The notes under the pieces were generated by a model. The model was not told the origin of the DNA and searched no databases. It was given only the letters and a program-made list of their open reading frames with translations. A DNA stretch of 64,000 bases from Mytilus californianus (Eukaryota): NCBI RefSeq assembly GCF_021869535.1, contig NW_026262712.1, positions 79,174,001 through 79,238,000 on the forward strand, written 5' to 3'. A program made the translations under genes and the position numbers. Position 1 is the first letter of the stretch. Each line of letters begins with the position of its first letter. Below are positions 57,359-64,000 of the stretch, one piece after another.

Positions 57359-58907
57359 TATTGTATTTGTTCTGATTATTATTATTATTTTTTTTTTTCT
57401 TCCGCCAAACCCTTTCTCTTGCGCAAGATGTCGCTTAGATATTTTGAATATTATATCGAACAGTTATTGCGCTTTTAAAAGTTATCTTGTTAAGGCGAAG
57501 ACTTTTTAATTGTGAGAGTTATCTCCCCAAACACTCTTTTTGTTGTGAGTGTATCTCCTCCATAACCAAAAAAAAGATAACTGCAACATTCTTTTTCATA
57601 TTTGTTTGTTACATCCTCAGAAATATTTGGCTGATTTGGATCGAAGCGATCCGGTGAAATTTTATAGGAGTTATCTGCCTTTATCAAATAAATTTGTCGT
57701 TATGTTTTTGTAACTCATAAACCGTAAGCCGTATAAAACTAGACCTAGTCATGTTCTGAATTTGGTTTTTTGCTTGTTTTTGCATGTTCTCTGATATTTT
57801 TAACGTTATATATAAAATAACTAGTGCAAAATGTTTGTTATATTGTGATGAAGATATGATACATTGGTATAAAATAATCCAGTGACATCTTATAGGAGTT
57901 ATTGCCCCTGAAATGGTTTATTATAATGTAAATTGATTATTACTTCAGATTGGTACATGATAAGGCTGTAAGGTCTTTTACAAAATGTTATGTGACATGT
58001 GACCTTGAAAAATATCAACCGGAAGTGACCTTGAATTAACCGGCAGTAGTCATGTTTGCTCTTATTTTATTGCAAATTAACTAAAAACCATATATTTTTC
58101 AAATGGGCATACATAAACCTATCATTTGAGACCGGAAATGACATTCCTAAAACCGGATCATAATTTCTACAACAATCACATGTAACATTATCAATACAAA
58201 GAGAGGAGCTGTGGTATATTGACATTGAGACAAATATCCAGTGTTTAACCCCTCATTGTATATGCGCCTGTCCCTAGTCAGTAGCCTGTAATTCATTGGT
58301 TGTCGATGATGAACGGCTGTTATACTTGTGTTTCGTACATTGTATTGTTATAGGTAAGACCGTCGGTTTCTCTCCTTTGATTGGTCTCACATTTGTCATG
58401 TCGGGACCTTTTAAAGCCGGCTATACGGTAAGCATTTGTATCATCGTTCAAGGCTGAATAGCGATCTTTTGTTGTTTATGTACACATCATTTTAACTCTG
58501 AATGATTGTTGTCCCATTGGCAAGCATACCACATCTCCTAATTTTTGATAAAGATGTGAACAATTACTAGTCACCGTATGCACTTCAACAATGAGCAAAA
58601 CCCATATAGTCAGCGTTAAAAAGGCTCCGATATGAAAAAAAAAACAAATTCATATAGAAATGGTTTAAATTTCATGGACACCATCATGACTTTCCCTCTT
58701 TTCCTTGATTGTGATATTAACAAAATTATTTGATCACTTATCACTAAATTGCACTTTCAATCAACAACACGATAAATGACAAATTTAGAGCGTGATCACC
58801 TTTCCCGTCTTGAAATCAACCCTGATTTTGTGGTGAAGTTTGTATTGTCCGTTGTTTGCCTTTTCGACGTATAAGGTTCTGTTTTATTTGTCAAAGTACT
58901 TATAAAA

Positions 58908-59180
58908 AAGAAGTTGTGGTGTGATTGCCAATAAGACAACTCTTCGTAAGAGATCAATTGACACAGAAATTAACAACTATAGGTCACCGTACGGCCTTCA
59001 ACAATGAGCAAAGCCCATACCGCATAGTCAACTATAAAAGACCCATAAATGATAAATGTAAAACAACTCAAACGAGAAAACTCACGGTCTAATTTATGTA
59101 CAAAAAAAAAATTGACGAAAAACAAATATGTAACACAGCAACAAACGACAACCATTGAATTACAGGCTCCTTACTTGGGA
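58908..59180 (+). mobile_element. Interspersed repeat family B (aagaagatgtggtatgattgccaatgagacaactc…)
   Basis: Other copies at ~29330-29520(-), ~35030-35215(-), ~58380-58550(-) and ~60290-60460(-). Confidence 0.75.
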
Positions 59181-60949
59181 CAGTACTGTCGTTTTTTTCA
59201 ACTTAAGATTTTTTATTGTCACTTTGATGTTGTTTGTGTATGTTTTACGCTACAACAATAAACAAATAAAAACAGAACAAAACACACTGGATGAAAGGTT
59301 CCTAGCTGGGAACATGCACCTAACAATATAAGTGGTTTAGTATGTTTGTTATTCCAGAAGCTGTGTCAAACTATAAGTATCGAAAGAATCAAGAACCATA
59401 AGTGGTAATACTTTGAAAGAAAATGCATGTTAGTTATAAACATAACTATCAATTATAAAATCAATTTTAGCACATATAAAGACAGTATTCAACTGTACAT
59501 ATCGTACCCAAACATCTTACTAAATGTAAGAGCTATCACATATCAACATCCGACGAGTTTTCGACACACAATAAACGAACAGACAGACCATTACCATTAT
59601 TACAACTAGAACGGCAAGGCACATGAACATTGTGTACTTTTGATATCAATTTGTTTTAACACAAAAGTTCATTGATTATAGACACCACAGATACCAGATA
59701 AAATTTCAGTAGGCCAAGTATCATAGTATCAAAAATTGTGTAAAAAAATACAAAAGATACGTTTTAAGAAATATGCCTTTCAATATTCAAAGGTTGATTG
59801 AAAAGTAAAATTACGCTTTCGTCAAGTCTTGTATAGTATCAGTGATATCTACAAATATAAGTACTTAGATTGGCAAATCAAAAACTTTGATATTTAAAAC
59901 ATTTTTTTTTCATTTTTTTTTTTTATCTTACATCACATTCTGTTCACTTATGAAGATTTATAATTAGTAATTTAGATGTCGAAACCACTTGAACAATGCA
60001 ATTACAAATTAATATTGGAAACACAGTGTTTTATCTCACTATTGTTTGAACATCACTTTCTATATCAAACGATAGTTTTTATAGTTTGTTCTCATGTCGA
60101 ACTGTGACACCAATGCCCCAGATTAGGGGATGGTTTGCGCATTTAAACTAGTTTAACCCAGCCACATTCTATATGTGCCTATCCAAAGTAAGGAGCTTGT
60201 AATTCAGTAGTTGTCGTCTGTTGCTGTATATCTTATTTGTTTTTTCGTTTTTTGTTTTGCACATAAATCGGGCCGTTAATTTAATTTTCTCGTTTGAATT
60301 GTTTTACATTTGTGGTTTCGGGGCCTTTTATAGCTGACTATGCGGTATGGGTTTTATTCATTGTTGAAGGCCGTACGGTGACCTATAATTGTTAATTTTT
60401 GTGTAATTTGATCTCTAGTAAAGAGGTGTCTCATTGGCAATTACACCACATCTTCTATGGATTATTCAAACTTCATTTCACTGTTGATTTTACATAGTTT
60501 TCAATTTCATTCCACTGTTGACGATACAAAATTTGAACTGTGGACAAATTCGTTAATTTGTGAATGAGTTAATTCATTAGAAATGGTAAGATTTCCAATG
60601 AGACAGTTATCAACCATAGAACAAAGGGGGATTTAATAACTACAAGTGTGTTTTTTTTTATATATAAAAATATATAAATTACAAAAATCCTTACCTCCAA
60701 TCCTATTATTGTGCACTTATCCTTCCCCTTTTGCAATATGTATAATGTAAAACACTGTAAAAGATATAATCCACAATTTCGTTAAGGGATAGAATTTAAC
60801 GATGGGATACCTCTGGATCTTTCTGTATGGTCTTAGATTTTTCTGATCGAATGAATATTTCCAGATGTGTTGAGTGTTGTTTTTTTTTTGTAAAGCAGCA
60901 ATCAATTAAAATGTCTAAGCAAATATATTTTGGACTTCCGCATTGACCT

Positions 60950-63900
60950 TTCAATTATTTACAATACTTGTAAATATCTAACAATTTCGTTAGAATGTTT
61001 GTTGTCTCACCTAACAATACTTAAGTCTATGTTCAATTTGGACAAACTCTTTGTCAGAATTGTTTTTCGCTTGGTTCATGAGTGTGGCTTGATAGTATAC
61101 TTAAAACATTAACGTTTTCTTTCTGACTTGAAATATCTAGTACTGCATGAATGGTATTATATTTTAATTCTTCCTCACGTTTTGAACTTATCGTACTTGT
61201 TAGCTGAATTTCTTTATCGGCTACTGCGAATTTTGAGTTGTTCGAAAAAATTGGCTTCGACAATTGTTATAACTAAATGATGATTTTAACATATTAGAAA
61301 ATAAGCCAATATGGCAGTTTTGTTATGAAGAGAATTTTAAGTAGCTTTTATACTTTATTTTCGGGAGGATTTAGACACGTATTTGATAAAGCATTTTCAC
61401 ACAGAACATCCGGCTTTACAGAAATGTAATCACTAAATGATGATTTGTATGTACTTGGATGTTGATTTGCGGTAACCGTTTTGTTACAGAAGGAATCTAT
61501 ATTAACTTTCGTTTTACTTTTATTAACAAGAGGTATAATGACACATTAGGAAGTTTTGTCTTACAATGGAGTCGAAAGAAGATTTACTTTCTAGTGTTGG
61601 TTGTTCTTCAGCTGTTGATCTTTTTATACCTTAACGGTGAATTTCTTTGTCGGATACTTCAGCTGGACATTCAATGTTGCTCGAAAAATCATTTTCACGA
61701 CGAGCACCAGGCTTTGCAGAATTCTTATTACTGTATAATAGTTAGTATGTACTTCGATGTTGAGAATCGGTAACTGTTTTGGTACAGAAGGAATTCTGAT
61801 TCGTAATACTTTGATTAACAAGAGGGCCTTATACACGTAACCAAGTTTTGGCTCTTCCTCAGCTGTTGATCTTTTTATACTTAATATTTACAAAAAATCT
61901 TAATCACAACGAAAATGAGGCTTTTCAGTAATGTTATCCTTATATGATTATTTGTATGTACTTGGATGTTGAGCCTCTGTAACTGTTTCGTAAAAGAAGG
62001 AATATTGACTAACATTCGTGCTTCTATGATTAACAACTGTTTCTTGTACTAGTTTTTCTTTGTCGGATACTGGATATTTACAGTTGCCCACAAAATCATT
62101 ATCACAACCAACATCAGGCTTTATAGAACTATGATCCTTATATGAGGATTTGTTTGTACTTATATGAGGATTTTTTGTACTGATACGTTTAGACTCGGTA
62201 ACTGTTTTGTTACAGAAGGAATCTTGATTTTCGTGTGTGCTTCTTTGAATAACAGCAGGTCTTTGGACTCGTAAAGAAGTTTTTCTACCGGTTGACCCGA
62301 GAGGAGATTTACTTTTATGTTTTGGCTCATTTTCTGCTGTTGATCTTTTTTATACTTGAATGCTGAATTTCTTTGTCTGATAATGGATATTCACAGTTGC
62401 CCAACAAATCATTATCACACCGAACATCCGGCTTTTCACAAATGTAATTAATATATGATGGTTGGCATGTGCTTGGATGTTGATCCTCGGTAAGTGTTTT
62501 GTTACTGACGGAATATTGATCAACATTTGTCGTATTTTGATTAACAAGAGTTCTTTTGACATGTAATGGAGTTGTTCTGAAGGTTGACTCGAGAGAACAT
62601 TTACTTCTTATCGTTGGCTTTTCTTCAGATGTTGATTTCTTTATATTTGAATGGTGAATTTCTCTGTCGGATACAGATGAGCCACTCTTGCTCGCAAAAT
62701 CATTATCACAGCGAACATCAGGCTTTGCAGAAATGTAATCACTTTAAGATGATTCATATGTACTTGAATGCTGAGGCTCGGTAATTGGTTTGTTCCTGAA
62801 GGAATATTGCTTAACATTCGTACTACTTTGATTTAAAAGAGGTCGTTGGACACGTAACGAAGTTTTTATTAAAAAGAAACTCGAGATAAGATTACTTCTT
62901 CGTGTTGGCTCTTGGTCTATTGGTCTTTTTTTATACTTGAACGGTGAATTTCTTTGTCTGATTCTGGGTATACATTAGGCTTTTCAGAAATGTTATCATT
63001 ATATGATGGTTTTAATGTACTTGGATATTGAGACTCGGTAACTATTTTTTTGCCGACGGAATATTGTTTTACGTGCGTCCTACTTTCATTAAAAGAAGGT
63101 CCTTGGAAACGTAACAAAGATTTTCTTTAAGTTTGACTCCAGAAGAGATTTACTTCTTCGTGTTGGATATTCTTCAGCTGTTGATCTTTTCAAACTTGAA
63201 CATAGAATTTCTGTTTCGGATATTGAAGATTTACTGTTGCTCGTAAAAGCTTTATCACTCCAATTCAAAATTGACCGAAATTCATTATCACACCGAACAT
63301 CGGGCTTGCTAGAAATGTATTTACTATACGATGATTTGTTTGTACGTCGATGTTGTTCTTCGGTAAATGTTTCGTTACAGAAGGAAACTTGATTTACATC
63401 CGTTCTACTTTGATGAAAAAGAGGTCCATGGACACTTAACGAAGTTTTTCTTAAGGTTGTCTCCAGAGGAGATTTATTTCTTAGTGTTGGTTCTTTTTCT
63501 GCTGTTGATCTGTTTATACTTGGACGCTGATTTCCTTTTTGCAGATACTGGAGAGTCACGGTTGCCGGAAAACTCATTATAACACCGAACATCAGGCCTT
63601 GCAGAAATTTATCACTATATGATTTGAATGTAGTTGGATGTTGAGTATGCTAACATGTTTGTTCAAGAAGGAATATTGATTAACAGGAGGTCCGTGGACA
63701 TGCAATACACTTTTCCTAAAGGTTGACTCAAGAGAAGGTTAATTACATTATGTTGCTTCTTCAGCTTTTGATCTTATACTTGAAAGCTGAATTTTTTTGT
63801 CAGATACTACAGAGTCACAGTTGCTAGAATGAGATTCATCACACCGATAACTATGCCTGGAATAATAGTTATTAATAAATGATTAATTGTTTGTACTTGG

Positions 63901-64000
63901 ATGCTGAGCCCCGGTAGCTGTTTTGTTACGGGAGGAATCTTGACTAACATTCGTCCTACTTTCATTAGCACAAACTTCACGGGCACGTAAAGCAGATTTG
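60950..64000 (-). pseudogene. Third, degenerate copy of the ~96-aa repeat gene, running past the window end
   Basis: ~292-bp periodic motif (cggtaactgttttgttacagaaggaat). Fragment SPLETTLRKTSLSVHGP…SFCNETFTEE…KSSYSKYISSKPDVRCDNEF matches the 40-42 kb repeat. Many stops and frameshifts. Confidence 0.75.

Noticed and set aside
61459-63582. Plus-strand hydrophobic ORFs in the 61-64 kb repeats
   Set aside because: They are the antisense reading of the decayed 96-aa repeat array.

Overview
AT-rich eukaryotic DNA. The interspersed repeats and hammerhead-bearing repeats look like those of a bivalve, probably the mussel Mytilus (inference from repeat recognition, not a search). The main feature is a near-complete 15,230-bp endogenous Polinton/Maverick-like virus at 13104-28333. 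It has ~315-bp terminal inverted repeats (TIRs), a 6-bp target-site duplication (TSD, AACGCC) and 16 densely packed ORFs. These include a protein-primed PolB (OTU-like and Vsr-like domains), a retroviral-type integrase, an A32-like packaging ATPase, and a putative major capsid protein, penton and fibre-like protein. It differs from the canonical Polinton in several ways: AC...GT ends instead of AG...CT, no adenain protease, 7-8 predicted membrane proteins, TIRs that stop at the ATG of both terminal genes, a T(A)nTG motif at almost every start codon, and a 21-bp-phased array of ten forkhead-consensus sites. Two in-frame TAA stops and two homopolymer frameshifts mean this copy is either starting to decay or carries assembly errors. 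The host DNA holds three copies (one 764-codon-scale ORF, two decayed) of a gene with a ParB/Srx-like domain plus ~96-aa repeats. It also holds a 4.3-kb TA-flanked TIR element carrying a ~260-bp satellite, Penelope-like RT and GIY-YIG fragments, minimal hammerhead ribozymes, MITEs and an old inverted duplication bracketing the virus. No tRNA, rRNA or CRISPR array was seen. All domain calls come from motif reading, with no database search.
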